Source: Candidatus Poribacteria bacterium (GTDB lineage: Bacteria; Poribacteria; WGA-4E; WGA-3G). From it: a stretch of 64,000 nucleotides of DNA. Within the stretch, counting starts at the first letter, position 1. Every line of letters begins with the position of its first letter. Below, piece by piece: positions 18,744 through 29,565 of this stretch. The stretch spans positions 96,001 through 160,000 of the forward strand of contig CBDANF010000002.1 in NCBI GenBank assembly GCA_965197475.1, read 5' to 3'. Both the position numbers and the translations under genes were made by a program. The notes below the pieces were generated by a model that saw only the letters and a program-made list of their open reading frames with translations, was not told the origin of the DNA and did no database searches.

Positions 18744-21326
18744 ATGCTGGAATTAAAAACATATCAGCGCGATACACTCGACGCATTTAGCAATTGGTTA
18801 GAGGTGCTTAAAGAGGAGCGGCAAACTTCAAAAACTGCAATTGAACATTTAAAAGAAGCGGGGAGTAGTATTAGTGACGATGTTCTCAATGAAATAGGTA
18901 ATTATCCCAAAACTGCATGGAGGAAATTGAAAGAAAACGATGGCGTTGCAGCAACTGCAGGTGAATACGTTGATCGTAAGGATGGCGCAAATCGACCAAT
19001 TCCGCACATCTGTTTTAAAGTGCCGACAGGTGGCGGTAAAACACTGCTTGCAGCATCTGCTTTAGAACAACTGCATCGGCAGCGGGGACTGACATTGTGG
19101 GTTGTGCCAACAAAGGCTATCTTCGATCAAACGAAGGCTGCTTTGTGGAACAAAGAACACCCCTATCGTAAAGTTTTGGAACGTGCAAGTGCTGGGCGCG
19201 TCAAGATGCTGGAAAGAGAACATCCATTTAACAGAGATGACATTACTAATTACCTTTGTGTCATGCTACTCATGTTGCCAGCAGCGAATAAATCGCCTGA
19301 TAAAAAACTCAAAGACAAAGCGTACTACCGTATGTATAGAAATTCAGGGCGTTATTCAAGTTTTTTCCCCGACCATGACGATAACGAGGGCAATACCCTT
19401 ATGCAAGAGAAATACCCCGATCTTGATTATAACACTGAAGGAAACTTGCCTATGCAAAGTCTCTTTAACGTAATCAAGATACTTCATCCCGTAGTTGTTC
19501 TTGACGAGGCACATAAGGCTTATGGCACTAAAAATGGGCAGGAATTTGCAAGTTCTATTAACCGCCTTGACCCGCAAATGGTTATTGAACTCTCTGCTAC
19601 ACCGAACAGCGGCATTAGCAATTTGCTTGTTGATATTGCAGGCCCCGATCTGAAAAAAGAGGAAATGATTAAGTCACCAGTACAGGTATCATCATTTTCA
19701 GGTATGACGTGGCAAAATACGTTGAGCGAGGCTTCCAAGGAACTTGAAAGGCTTGATGAGGAGGCAAGTTTGCTTGAAAGCAGTACGGATCGGTATATCC
19801 GCCCCATTGCAGTTGTGCGCGTTGAGGTGACGGGTGCGAATCTGCAAGATGGCACGCGAATCCATGCCGAGCATGTTCGAGATTACCTTACACAAAATTT
19901 AAATGTGCAACCAGAGGCAGTACGTGTTAAATCCGCTTATAATGATCAACTCCGTGGGGAAAACCTACTATCCAAGGAATCACAGGTAAAATGGATAATT
20001 ACAAAATCTGCTTTGATGGAGGGATGGGACTGTTCGTTTGCATATCTGTTAGTAATGCTGGACAATACACGGTCGCAAAATGCAATTACGCAACTCATAG
20101 GAAGAGTAATGCGGCAACCACATGCACAACTTACGGGTAGAGAATCACTTGATCAATGTTACGTTTTTTGCAATGAGACCGATGTTGATGATGCCGTCAA
20201 GCAGGTTAAGAGGGGATTAGAATCACAAGGACTCACTGGCATGGAAGATAAAATATTTGCTAAGGGAAATACCCAGGATCAAGCAGATTTCAAAATGGAA
20301 AAGATACGCCGCCGCGAGCAATTTCGTGGGCAAGAGATTTATTTGCCAGTGGTACGTCATAAGGACGGTAACAAATGGATTCAACTCAATTATCAGGCAC
20401 ATATTTTGCCACATATAGATTGGCTTAGTATTAAACCACCCGATCTGAATGCGTCAGCACCCGACGGACCAAGATTGCGAACAGCAACAGTTCCTATTGA
20501 CGATGTACCGCCTATTTTCCATGACGATCAAGAGCCTTATGTTGAAAAAGAGGTTAGTGTAGCCGATTTTGCGCTCAGTTTGATTGACATTGTGTCAAAT
20601 CCATGGCAAGCTGCTCGCATTGCAGAAGAATTGGTAGAAGGTCTAAAAACAAGTGGAGATACTGATGAAAAAATCTACGATAGACGTTCTTATCTCATTC
20701 CTATGTTGCATGAACACGTTGCAAATGAATTAGAAAATCAAGCTGAACAAATTTTTCGAAAAAAGTTGGATACTGCCGAAATTCAATTTGACTTAGAGGT
20801 AGGTGATCCGAATTATAAACTGCGACAAAATTACAAAATTGAGGTACACGCCAATCAGAATTTACTTACAAAATATGGTAAACCTGTTCAACTCAGTCTG
20901 TTTGAACCAATGTATGAGTATCCTTCAGATAACGAATTAGAAAAGAAATTTGCACATTTCCTTGATGGTGAGAAAGCACTGCAATGGTGGCATCGGGTCA
21001 TAGCGCGTCAACAGGGAGAATATTACGTGCAAGGTTGGAAAGATAGGCGCATTTACCCCGACTTCGTTGCAATGGCGAAGGAAATTGAAGGCATGACGCG
21101 TGTTCTGATTTTTGAGACAAAAGGAGAACATTTGGAAGGTAACCGTGACACAGAGTACAAGGAGAAAGTATTGACAATACTTGAAGAAGCGTTTAATAAC
21201 TCTGGCACTATAAAAATGTGTGAAAAAACGACTCATACAGGTATCTTTAATTTGGTTTTCAACGAGCAGCAGTTTGCAGAAATATCTGCCCAGTTGAATG
21301 AAGGCGCATATTCTACGGAAAATTAG
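18744..21326 (+). CDS. res: type III R-M restriction helicase/endonuclease (Res)
   Basis: VPTGGGKT, LDEAH, SATP, EGWDC, QLIGRVMRQP, YPDFV..FETKG. Confidence 0.92.
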   Translation: MLELKTYQRDTLDAFSNWLEVLKEERQTSKTAIEHLKEAGSSISDDVLNEIGNYPKTAWRKLKENDGVAATAGEYVDRKDGANRPIPHICFKVPTGGGKTLLAASALEQLHRQRGLTLWVVPTKAIFDQTKAALWNKEHPYRKVLERASAGRVKMLEREHPFNRDDITNYLCVMLLMLPAANKSPDKKLKDKAYYRMYRNSGRYSSFFPDHDDNEGNTLMQEKYPDLDYNTEGNLPMQSLFNVIKILHPVVVLDEAHKAYGTKNGQEFASSINRLDPQMVIELSATPNSGISNLLVDIAGPDLKKEEMIKSPVQVSSFSGMTWQNTLSEASKELERLDEEASLLESSTDRYIRPIAVVRVEVTGANLQDGTRIHAEHVRDYLTQNLNVQPEAVRVKSAYNDQLRGENLLSKESQVKWIITKSALMEGWDCSFAYLLVMLDNTRSQNAITQLIGRVMRQPHAQLTGRESLDQCYVFCNETDVDDAVKQVKRGLESQGLTGMEDKIFAKGNTQDQADFKMEKIRRREQFRGQEIYLPVVRHKDGNKWIQLNYQAHILPHIDWLSIKPPDLNASAPDGPRLRTATVPIDDVPPIFHDDQEPYVEKEVSVADFALSLIDIVSNPWQAARIAEELVEGLKTSGDTDEKIYDRRSYLIPMLHEHVANELENQAEQIFRKKLDTAEIQFDLEVGDPNYKLRQNYKIEVHANQNLLTKYGKPVQLSLFEPMYEYPSDNELEKKFAHFLDGEKALQWWHRVIARQQGEYYVQGWKDRRIYPDFVAMAKEIEGMTRVLIFETKGEHLEGNRDTEYKEKVLTILEEAFNNSGTIKMCEKTTHTGIFNLVFNEQQFAEISAQLNEGAYSTEN

Positions 21327-21417
21327 CATAGTATACATCCAAGCAAGACTAAATTAAACATAATAAAGTTACGTGTATATGCTATAATAACCGTAAAATC
21401 TATTTTGGAGCGCGGAG

Positions 21418-23541
21418 ATGGTAATTGCTGTAGATGCAGCGTCCCTTGACAAACGTAACCGAACAGAGCAGCAACTTTTCGCAGTTGTTGAGCAGAACAC
21501 CCCCGACTCAGTAAAAACACCCCTTTTTCCGCAAGACGACCCCGATGCATTCACGTTCATGCTCAACAAAGAACTGATTGAACGGCTAAACCTTTGGGAA
21601 TGGTATCGCAATTATGCGAAGGAAGCACAGGTGTCAACCGCTGGGATACGTGGTCCACAAAACATTCTCTATCCGTGGGATACGCGCTTTCCGATTAATC
21701 AGGTTGGCATAATCTTGGCGACACTTGGAAAGAGTCTTGTGGCAAAGGAATCATCAGGTGGGAAACTTATTGAGAAACTTGCAGGATGTGAGGTGCGCTA
21801 CAACTCACGAAAATATGTTGAGTTCATTGCTCGCATTCAGGCGGCGCAAGGTATACGGACTTATGTGCCGAAAGCGTTTGGTACATTGCCGATTTGGATG
21901 GCATCGTTCCTTATTTTCATGCTTGACTTGGATGGCGGTGAGCATGTTACATCAAGCCACTCTGTTAGCACTAAAAATGCAACAAAGGATCTCAACAATC
22001 AGGGGAGTCAATACCTGCCCGAAGAATCTATGCGCTTCGTCAAAAAGATTGAGGAGATTCTCAAAACTGCTGACACAGAGAGGTATCCGATTCAGTTCAG
22101 CGCAGCCACTGACGAACATATTGATTTTGAACGATTAGACGAACTCCACGATGGCGTACAGCTTTATGTCGGTTATCTCAAAAGTGGTGTTGCTACAGAT
22201 ACAAATCTCAGCCTTATCCGCGAGACGAAACCTCCCATAGTTGTCGATTGTGTGGGTGGATGTATGTATCGTCCGATGCGTGCGATCTTTGAACGTTTAG
22301 GCATCGCTGGCTCTGTCCGTTGGCTGCATGTTGAGGCAGACCCACTCTATCATAACATCGGAAAACTGGATCGAAATCCGAAAACAGGTGAGGCGGAATT
22401 CTACGACCTCGGATGCGATTTTAGCATACTTAATGTTGTCAAATCTGCTGAGTATGGGACGAAACTCAAGGGACAACCTATCGGAATAATCATTGAGGCA
22501 ACCGATCCAGATGGAGACCGACTCATTGTTTGTCAAATTGAAGAGGTATCGCGTGCCGAAACACTACAACGTCTCGGGGTTGATTTTCTAATGCTTGACG
22601 ATAATCGGTTGTTGACGATTTACACCCCTAATCAGGCGTTTCTGATGTTGATGGACTTCCACACAAAACAACTTAAAGCATCAGGACTTTGGGAACATCA
22701 TCCGCGCTTCATGATTAAAACAACTCCTTCCGCACTTGCTTGGGACCAATGGGCTGCGTCTAATGGGGTGAACGTGATTAATGTACCGGTCGGTTTCAAA
22801 GAGATCGCCTCAATTATGAAAAAGATTGAGCGGCAGATCGCCAATACGCCAGATGCATCGGTTGTTATCCAAGATGTTTACGGTGAAACGATTTCACTCG
22901 GTGTGCAGCCACGACTAATCTTCGCAGGCGAAGAAAGCGGAGGGATGATTACCGGTCCTGAAAAACTTATCCAGAGTCACGGTGGTAGGAAGGCAATCGC
23001 AATGCGGGAAAAATCGGCAGGTGAATCCATGGTGTTGGTTACAGCACTTGCCGCACATTGCAAACAGGCGAACATTCCTTTGTCCGACTATCTCGCTTCA
23101 GTATTTAGAGATAGTCAGATTATCGCAACGTGTGATGTAAGAGAGGACATTACCTACTATAACGAATCTGAACCGAATCCTGAAAAACTGCATGAAGCAA
23201 AACGTGAAGGCGAAGCAATACGTGATAAAAACGACCTATTTTTTCTTGGAATTGCTATTGCACTCCGCGAAGGGAAAATAGACATGGAGCAAGTCCGTGC
23301 TATCCTCTCCGATGCCCTCCCGGAACTGGATTTCACAAAGCTTGAGAGCGTCCACTTCGTAGGTGATGGGACTTATTTTAAGTTTGCAGATAAGTTCGTT
23401 GAGGTCCGAAAATCAGGAACAGATGCAAAGACAAAAGCCTACGCCTCTGGTGGTGATAAAGAGGAATGTCGGCGTTATGCCAAAGCCTTTGGTGAAACGA
23501 GTGGAGATCTGACCGAACTTTACCGCGCACAAATTGGATAG
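21418..23541 (+). CDS. alpha-D-phosphohexomutase family protein (frame stays open after the TAG, to 23604)
   Basis: STAGIRG, VTSSHS, TDPDGDR, GEESGG, VRKSGT motifs. Confidence 0.85.
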   Translation: MVIAVDAASLDKRNRTEQQLFAVVEQNTPDSVKTPLFPQDDPDAFTFMLNKELIERLNLWEWYRNYAKEAQVSTAGIRGPQNILYPWDTRFPINQVGIILATLGKSLVAKESSGGKLIEKLAGCEVRYNSRKYVEFIARIQAAQGIRTYVPKAFGTLPIWMASFLIFMLDLDGGEHVTSSHSVSTKNATKDLNNQGSQYLPEESMRFVKKIEEILKTADTERYPIQFSAATDEHIDFERLDELHDGVQLYVGYLKSGVATDTNLSLIRETKPPIVVDCVGGCMYRPMRAIFERLGIAGSVRWLHVEADPLYHNIGKLDRNPKTGEAEFYDLGCDFSILNVVKSAEYGTKLKGQPIGIIIEATDPDGDRLIVCQIEEVSRAETLQRLGVDFLMLDDNRLLTIYTPNQAFLMLMDFHTKQLKASGLWEHHPRFMIKTTPSALAWDQWAASNGVNVINVPVGFKEIASIMKKIERQIANTPDASVVIQDVYGETISLGVQPRLIFAGEESGGMITGPEKLIQSHGGRKAIAMREKSAGESMVLVTALAAHCKQANIPLSDYLASVFRDSQIIATCDVREDITYYNESEPNPEKLHEAKREGEAIRDKNDLFFLGIAIALREGKIDMEQVRAILSDALPELDFTKLESVHFVGDGTYFKFADKFVEVRKSGTDAKTKAYASGGDKEECRRYAKAFGETSGDLTELYRAQIG

Positions 23542-23654
23542 AGCTACTTAGGCGATGTTAAAAGCAAAGCACGGGAGATTTATGATGCGTTTCAATCCGC
23601 TTAGCGCGAAATATCGCGAATATAGTAGATTGGGCAGTGCGACCACAATTTATC

Positions 23655-25022
23655 TTAAAATGTGCTATCGCGGTTAGTCAATGGACACCATCGCGTTGTA
23701 TGGAGGTAACGCAGTAATACATCTTTTGCGGCTGGCGTGCCAATACGGTGAAGCGCGTGCACCGCATTACCACGGATATAGCGGTTTCCGTCAAAAAGTA
23801 GATTTTCCAAACCTTCAACGGCATCCGCAGCATTCTCCCCAATCCGAGACAGAGCAAACACAGCATTACGCCTAACACCTTCATTCGGATCTTCCAATGC
23901 CTTTGTCAGAGCCGGAACTGCTAACGCGCTTGATTGACTCGTTGTGCCTAACGCCTCAATCGCGCGTGCCTGGACAGAGGCTGATTCGTCCTGTAACGTT
24001 TCAACTAAAGCGGGTACAGCAGGTTCCGCCTTCGTCCCAAGGTCTCCGAGTGCTTCTGCAGCGTTTGCGCGAACGTGTTCAGGGGAATATTTCAACGCAT
24101 TCCTTAACTCTCCAACAGCGGGGGCACCAACTGCATTCAGCGCATAACATGCGTTTCTACGCGTCATATCCGATTCTTCATAAAGACATCTCACCAATGC
24201 CGGTACAGCTTTTTCTCCAAACTTTGGCATTTGATATGCAGCGTGCAATCCTGTCGATTCAGTAGTGCTGTTCAACGCGCTGATAAAATCCGATAACGGT
24301 CCGCCATTGGGTGAAGCATCGTCGTTCTTTGATCCGAGGTGCCAGTTCCAAAGATGTTTAAACATCTCCTGATGTGCAGCCGGTCCGAGGGCTGTCCCAT
24401 CTGCCCATTCTGTTTCTTTATTTGCCCATGTAGGCTCCTGTGGCTCTGCCATCCGGGCATAGAGAAACTTCATCATGTAACGTCTTTTGTCAGTTTGATT
24501 CGGCATGGCACGATGCCATAAGTCATAGTTAGCGAATGCAACAGTTCCCGCTTTCCCAGTGACGGGTTGTTCAGGGGATACTTGTGAGCCTTCCTGCGTG
24601 CTGAAGTAATGACTTATTGGAACAACACCGGTAGGTCCACGTTCAACAGGTGTATCTTGTGGGTAATAGAACACGAGTAGCCTACGTGTATGGTGCGACC
24701 ATCGCTTGCCACCATCTTGATGCAGGCCTTGTCCATTGCTACCGGGCGGATTGTAATGCGGATGCCGATGCGGTTGCATATAGTTATCGGGTCCCAACAG
24801 ACTCGTCAAAGCCCCTTTTACATTCACATCGTCAAAAACCCTCTGAATCTTTGGTATCCGTGGCAAAAGGTTATTGCCTGGATTGCCTTCTTTGTCAAAC
24901 ACAGCAACCGTTTTTTCAAAAATATCATCGTGAAACGCTGGCGGCAACGCTGTCGTAACGGTGACAAACCCGTTCACGATAAAATGCCGCATCTGCGCGC
25001 CAGTTAAGAGGTTTTCTGCCAT
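23655..25022 (-). CDS. PhyH-family dioxygenase fused to HEAT/PBS-lyase repeats
   Basis: LHQDG, LWHRA; C-terminal AVPAL..VRxNAxxALG repeats. Confidence 0.85.
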   Translation of the reverse strand: MAENLLTGAQMRHFIVNGFVTVTTALPPAFHDDIFEKTVAVFDKEGNPGNNLLPRIPKIQRVFDDVNVKGALTSLLGPDNYMQPHRHPHYNPPGSNGQGLHQDGGKRWSHHTRRLLVFYYPQDTPVERGPTGVVPISHYFSTQEGSQVSPEQPVTGKAGTVAFANYDLWHRAMPNQTDKRRYMMKFLYARMAEPQEPTWANKETEWADGTALGPAAHQEMFKHLWNWHLGSKNDDASPNGGPLSDFISALNSTTESTGLHAAYQMPKFGEKAVPALVRCLYEESDMTRRNACYALNAVGAPAVGELRNALKYSPEHVRANAAEALGDLGTKAEPAVPALVETLQDESASVQARAIEALGTTSQSSALAVPALTKALEDPNEGVRRNAVFALSRIGENAADAVEGLENLLFDGNRYIRGNAVHALHRIGTPAAKDVLLRYLHTTRWCPLTNRDSTF

Positions 25023-25182
25023 TTTCTTTTCCTCCAAAGGTTTGGTATCTATCTAAACTAAACTATCCTAACCCAAAATTACTAAAGTTTGGACAATTTC
25101 TGTCCGTTTCATGTTGTGTTTTCAAGTGTTTTCTATTTTTCTACGAGTTTTGTGCGAAGTTGTAACTCACAGAAAACTATTA

Positions 25183-25584
25183 TAACGTGAGTTCGGTGTA
25201 AAAGATATGAAATTCTTAATGCTTTGATTTCTACTCCCATAGCCGCGGCAGGTGCGGCTTCTAACCGCACCATAAGCATCAATTTAAGGGAATTAACGGA
25301 TTTTCTGGATGTATTTAGCCCCAGCGGGGCGATATGTTTATAGAAACATAGGTTTCCCCAGGTATAAGCCCCAGCGGGGCGATATGTTTATAGAAACATA
25401 GGTTTCCCCAGGTATAAGCCCCAGCGGGGCGATATGTGATGGGAACAAGTAGGTTGAAATAATATACATACCGCTCCTACGGAGATCAAGAGATTGATAA
25501 CCTTGTTTTCTATAAACATATCGTCCCTACGGGACTAAAGAGGATATCTCATTCTCCAAAATTGCGGACACCGAACTCACGTTA
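25183..25584. mobile_element. MITE B with TTA target duplication
   Basis: 17-bp inverted repeats TAACGTGAGTTCGGTGT / ACACCGAACTCACGTTA; empty site ACTATTATAGG visible near 48016. Confidence 0.8.
25317..25535. repeat. REP-like cluster: 50-bp tandem units plus inverted partners
   Basis: AGCCCCAGCGGGGCGATATG at 25317, 25367, 25417; inverted partner TAAACATATCGTCCCTACGGGACT near 25513. Confidence 0.8.
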
Positions 25585-25731
25585 TTATAGGTTCAGCAAA
25601 GGCAGCCCCAGCGGGGCAACAGGTGTAAAGAATGTAGATGGAACCACGGTATTTCTATTGAACCCAATTCACACTACAGTTCCCAAATTGTCCAAAGTTT
25701 AGTATATTTATCGGAAGAAAGAACCAGAGTC

Positions 25732-26193
25732 TTAATAACGCTGCATGTCTTGGTCAATTTCTCTTGCCCACCTATCAATTCCACCAACGACGCTGAGTAC
25801 CGACTTGAAGCCGAGTTGTTGTAGAAGATATGCGGCATCAAGACTCCGCATCCCGTGATGACAATAAACGACGACCTCATCTACCGACGAGAGTTCACCA
25901 AACCGCCTCGGTAGTTCACCCAACGGAATAGACACTGCCCCCTCAATATGAGTGAGTTTATACTCCCATTCTTCCCGGACATCCAGCAAGGTAAAATCCC
26001 TGTCAGCATCTATCATCCGTTTAAGTTCATTTGGAAGAATAGTGTATTCCTCTGGGTCATAAGGTAGGATTGCCTCTTCTACACTCGGTGCCACCCGCGG
26101 TAGATATCTATCGCGTGAGTTTAGTCTGACAGAATCCCAGATTTTGTGGAATACTTCTCTGATATACTTAAACATTTCTTGCTTTTCATTCAA
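25732..26193 (-). CDS. rhodanese-like domain protein
   Basis: LLDVREEWEY..HIEGA..VVYCHHGMRS..GGIDRW. Confidence 0.9.
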   Translation of the reverse strand: MNEKQEMFKYIREVFHKIWDSVRLNSRDRYLPRVAPSVEEAILPYDPEEYTILPNELKRMIDADRDFTLLDVREEWEYKLTHIEGAVSIPLGELPRRFGELSSVDEVVVYCHHGMRSLDAAYLLQQLGFKSVLSVVGGIDRWAREIDQDMQRY

Positions 26194-26211
26194 AGGTAAA
26201 AATACTTATTA

Positions 26212-28233
26212 CTAAAATGTAATCGTCATGCCTAACGTAGGAACGATTGGGAAAAGGGGCTCTTCCTCAATTGTGCAATCAACAATAACGTTGGTTTGTT
26301 CATCACGCACCTCACTGAACGCATACTGGTCTACATTGGTATGGTTGTAAAGGTTTAAGATTTGGAAATACCATGTAAGTTCCCAACGTCTGTAGGGGCT
26401 CCGTTTAGTAATCCGAAAATCGAGACTGTGATACGCTGGTAGTCGCTCCGAATGCGTTTCGTGAAACTGCCGGTTACAAGTTCCATCATCTGTTAACTCG
26501 TGAGTCAAAGGTGTTCTCGGATCACCGGTATGAAAACGCCAACTGAGATAGAGATGCCACGTTGACGAAATCTGATGACTACTGCTCAAAAAGAGAGAAT
26601 GCCGCCGATCATACTGCCGAAAGAAGGTTGTGTTTCCCGATGTTTCTTTTGCAATGCCGTAAGCGTAACCGAGTCCCCACGTCAAGCGTGGTGAGACAGC
26701 TTGCGTCGCGAAAAGATCAAGTCCTTTTGCGTTAGCGGATTCCGGGGATGTGAAAATCTGTGCTTGTCGTCCGAATTCTCTGAGTCTACCCACAAGATTG
26801 TCAAATTCTTTGTAGTATCCTTCAAGTCGAATCAGGAAATTGTTGCCTCGACTATATTCACAGCCAAGAATGTAATGCGTAGCCTGTTCAGACCTTCCAA
26901 TGGTCTGAACACCATCTTCAACGGGGATCACCATCATATTAATCGGTTGATGATAAATGCCCCAGGCCCCTCGAAATACTAAGTTTTTCTTGGGTTGAAA
27001 CGCGAGCGCAACACGAGGACCAATTTCATAGTTTTGGACATCTGATTTTCGATAGTTCTGGACCACATAACGACCACCTATGTTGAGCGCAAGTTTCCGA
27101 TGAATCTGCCATTCATCTTGCAGAAATATTTTGATGTCGCTCCCACTGTCGTCAATATCTGCGCGAATCTGCTTATATACGTTAATCCCCGCCTGCCGTT
27201 CTTGAACATCGTATTCGTATTGCGCAGCTAACCAACGCCACTCAACACCGCTACGGAACGTGTGTTTATCCAACACGTTGGCTGTGACTTCCACTTTTGT
27301 TCCCAAAAATTGGAAGTTACGATTGTCAAAATCAGCCTTTCCAGTTGTTCTGTCTCTGCTTGACGTGCCTGCAAAAACAAATACATCTGTCCAATGTAAA
27401 GTGCCGAACGTATGTCGCCACTTTAACCAAGCGGTTGAATTATCATATAGAGAATCCAAGTTATTGTCCACATCATCTACGCGTATCCGATTTTTGTCCC
27501 AACCATACAATCCATTAAGCGTTAGTGTATCTGCTTCTGTTACTTGATACATGAGTTTCCCATAGACATCGGCATATTGTGGTTTGTATTTTTCGTCAAT
27601 ATCCATGAGCGTTAGAATAAGATCTACGTAACCACGACGTGCTGACAGGATCCAGCCCCCTTTTTTAGTAAGAGGACCTTCCACCATAGCGGTTGCGTTG
27701 ATGAGGTCTATCCCGAAATTTGCTGCGACCTTTTCGGAATTTGGTGTCTTTGTCGTAATATCAAACACACCTGACATCTTTTGACCATATTCTGCTGGGA
27801 ATCCGCCCATCAGTAGATCGGCACGACTGATCAAACCGAGCCCAACCAACGAAACTGCCCCACCAAAATCTTGTAAATGATACGGATTGTATAGTTCCAT
27901 CCCGTCCAATCTGACTGAGACACCATCCTTTTCTCCGCCTCGCACACTAAAGCGCGCACTATAATCGCTTGCGATGACTCCCGGAAAAATATGTCCTGAG
28001 CGCATTATGTCGTTGTCAATTAACGGAAACTGTTCTATCTCCTCCTTTGAAAATGAGAGTTGTGGCGTTGTCCCATCATAAATCGTAAATCGTCCAGGTG
28101 TCACGACGATTTTATCAAGTTCTATCGGTTCTCGGTTTTCTTCTGCATGAACACAGAGAAAACAAGCAATTTGAAAGAAGAGGGTGTGAATAAGGAGAAA
28201 CTTGAAGATGAACAATTTGATGTTGGGCATCAT
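26212..28233 (-). CDS. TonB-dependent receptor
   Basis: Signal peptide, LDKIVVT TonB box, plug SVRGG..GGFPAEYG..SGV, NLYN, C-terminal F. Confidence 0.9.
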   Translation of the reverse strand: MMPNIKLFIFKFLLIHTLFFQIACFLCVHAEENREPIELDKIVVTPGRFTIYDGTTPQLSFSKEEIEQFPLIDNDIMRSGHIFPGVIASDYSARFSVRGGEKDGVSVRLDGMELYNPYHLQDFGGAVSLVGLGLISRADLLMGGFPAEYGQKMSGVFDITTKTPNSEKVAANFGIDLINATAMVEGPLTKKGGWILSARRGYVDLILTLMDIDEKYKPQYADVYGKLMYQVTEADTLTLNGLYGWDKNRIRVDDVDNNLDSLYDNSTAWLKWRHTFGTLHWTDVFVFAGTSSRDRTTGKADFDNRNFQFLGTKVEVTANVLDKHTFRSGVEWRWLAAQYEYDVQERQAGINVYKQIRADIDDSGSDIKIFLQDEWQIHRKLALNIGGRYVVQNYRKSDVQNYEIGPRVALAFQPKKNLVFRGAWGIYHQPINMMVIPVEDGVQTIGRSEQATHYILGCEYSRGNNFLIRLEGYYKEFDNLVGRLREFGRQAQIFTSPESANAKGLDLFATQAVSPRLTWGLGYAYGIAKETSGNTTFFRQYDRRHSLFLSSSHQISSTWHLYLSWRFHTGDPRTPLTHELTDDGTCNRQFHETHSERLPAYHSLDFRITKRSPYRRWELTWYFQILNLYNHTNVDQYAFSEVRDEQTNVIVDCTIEEEPLFPIVPTLGMTITF

Positions 28234-28747
28234 GCATCCTCACTTTTTGATTTGTTTTTGATTTGTAAGGTTAAGTGAATTATAGCATATTTCATGATAA
28301 GTGTCAAAAAATTTCTATATCTGGGAATAGAATGCAAATCATACATAGAAATGCTATGCTCAAAAGAACCTTGAAGGGCTTTGAGTTAATCGTGCAGATT
28401 CTCTATCCAAAACTGCTTTTTTGTATTTTTCAACTCGAAAATAGCTTAGGAAGGAGATTACGGAGAAGTTAATAAACAGGAACGATTAGGCAGTGAATCA
28501 ACACATACGCTACTGTCCCATACACCAAAGGTAGGTTTGGAAATCATAACCTTACTTGATGGTGATAGAAATTCGAGCCGACCTATACACAAGCCAGAAT
28601 ATTTCAAGGAGCTTCCTATAGAAAATGTAGCAATTTGTGTAAACAAATTTAAGGATTTGCTTAAACCTTTTGTTTAGTAGGCAAGCGAAAAGTATTATGC
28701 CTACAATTGAGCAGAATAAACAACCTTTATCACATATGTAGAAATAA

Positions 28748-29565
28748 TCAACGTTTCTTATTTTTACGCATATCTTGTTTGACAATCGGATTCATTTCTG
28801 GAACATTTGAGTTTGCAGGAACCCGTGCAAGAACAAAACTATCCTTGATCGCATTCAAATTTCCACTCAAAGGATCAATTTGATAAGTATCTCCTCTTCC
28901 CCATTCTTCATAGTAATTTTCTGCACTTTCCGTATCTAAAATTAGATGAGGAATAAAAAATGATTGACTTTTACTTGGAGAAGATTTAATGCCGAAAGAG
29001 CGAATAAAGGAATCTAACCGCTTTATTAACCCCTTAAAGGCACTTGGCAATACAGCATATGACCATTCAGTAGACTCAAAACGTTCAAAAGCGAATCTCC
29101 GGTTATATAATCCAATTTCATCAAAGAATTTTAGCAGTCCTTTAAAATTATCGATTGGTGTTATGGAGGGTATCACTATTTGATTTTCGCTATGCACGTA
29201 TTTAATGAATTTCTTTTCGTAGAGGCACTGAGCTATCCATCCTCTGTAGTAATCCATCCTCTGTAGTATCTGGATAGAGAATCCTGTGTAGCTTTAGGCA
29301 AGCAATTGAAAAGATTTTCCAGAACATGATCGTGAAAAATACCATTTAGAGTAAAATATTGGATACACTTTAACTTTAATTCGAATGCCATCCCGAAATT
29401 TGATGACATTACGTCCAGAAGTGAGTAAGCATGATATAAGTTTCCTTTAGGTGCTGCTAAAACGCTGCTGGAATACAAATTATCTAATTCAGGAAAAATG
29501 TTATTAAATTTTTCTTCTGCGAATATAGAGGTTGCGAAAAATGATTCTGAACCCCACACAAACAT
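28748..29565 (-). pseudogene. HEPN-like protein frameshifted by a 17-bp tandem duplication
   Basis: AFELKLK..HDHVLENLFNCLP..RRFAFE; ATCCATCCTCTGTAGTA twice at 29235-29268; removing one copy joins the two ORFs. Confidence 0.6.

Larger units (their letters stand above)
25082..25702. mobile_element. MITE A, copy 1 (carries nested MITE B)
   Basis: Ends CTAAAGTTTGGACAATTT / AAATTGTCCAAAGTTTAG; about 130 bp shared with the copy at 47920. Confidence 0.7.

Noticed and set aside
25317-25437. Regularly spaced palindromic repeats resembling a CRISPR array
   Set aside because: The intervening sequences are identical (a 50-bp tandem repeat), the unit is dispersed elsewhere as a REP-like element, and no cas genes are present.
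28280-28745. Several 60-77 aa ORFs between the TonB receptor and the HEPN-like gene
   Set aside because: Stops in all frames and no motif; cannot be supported as genes.
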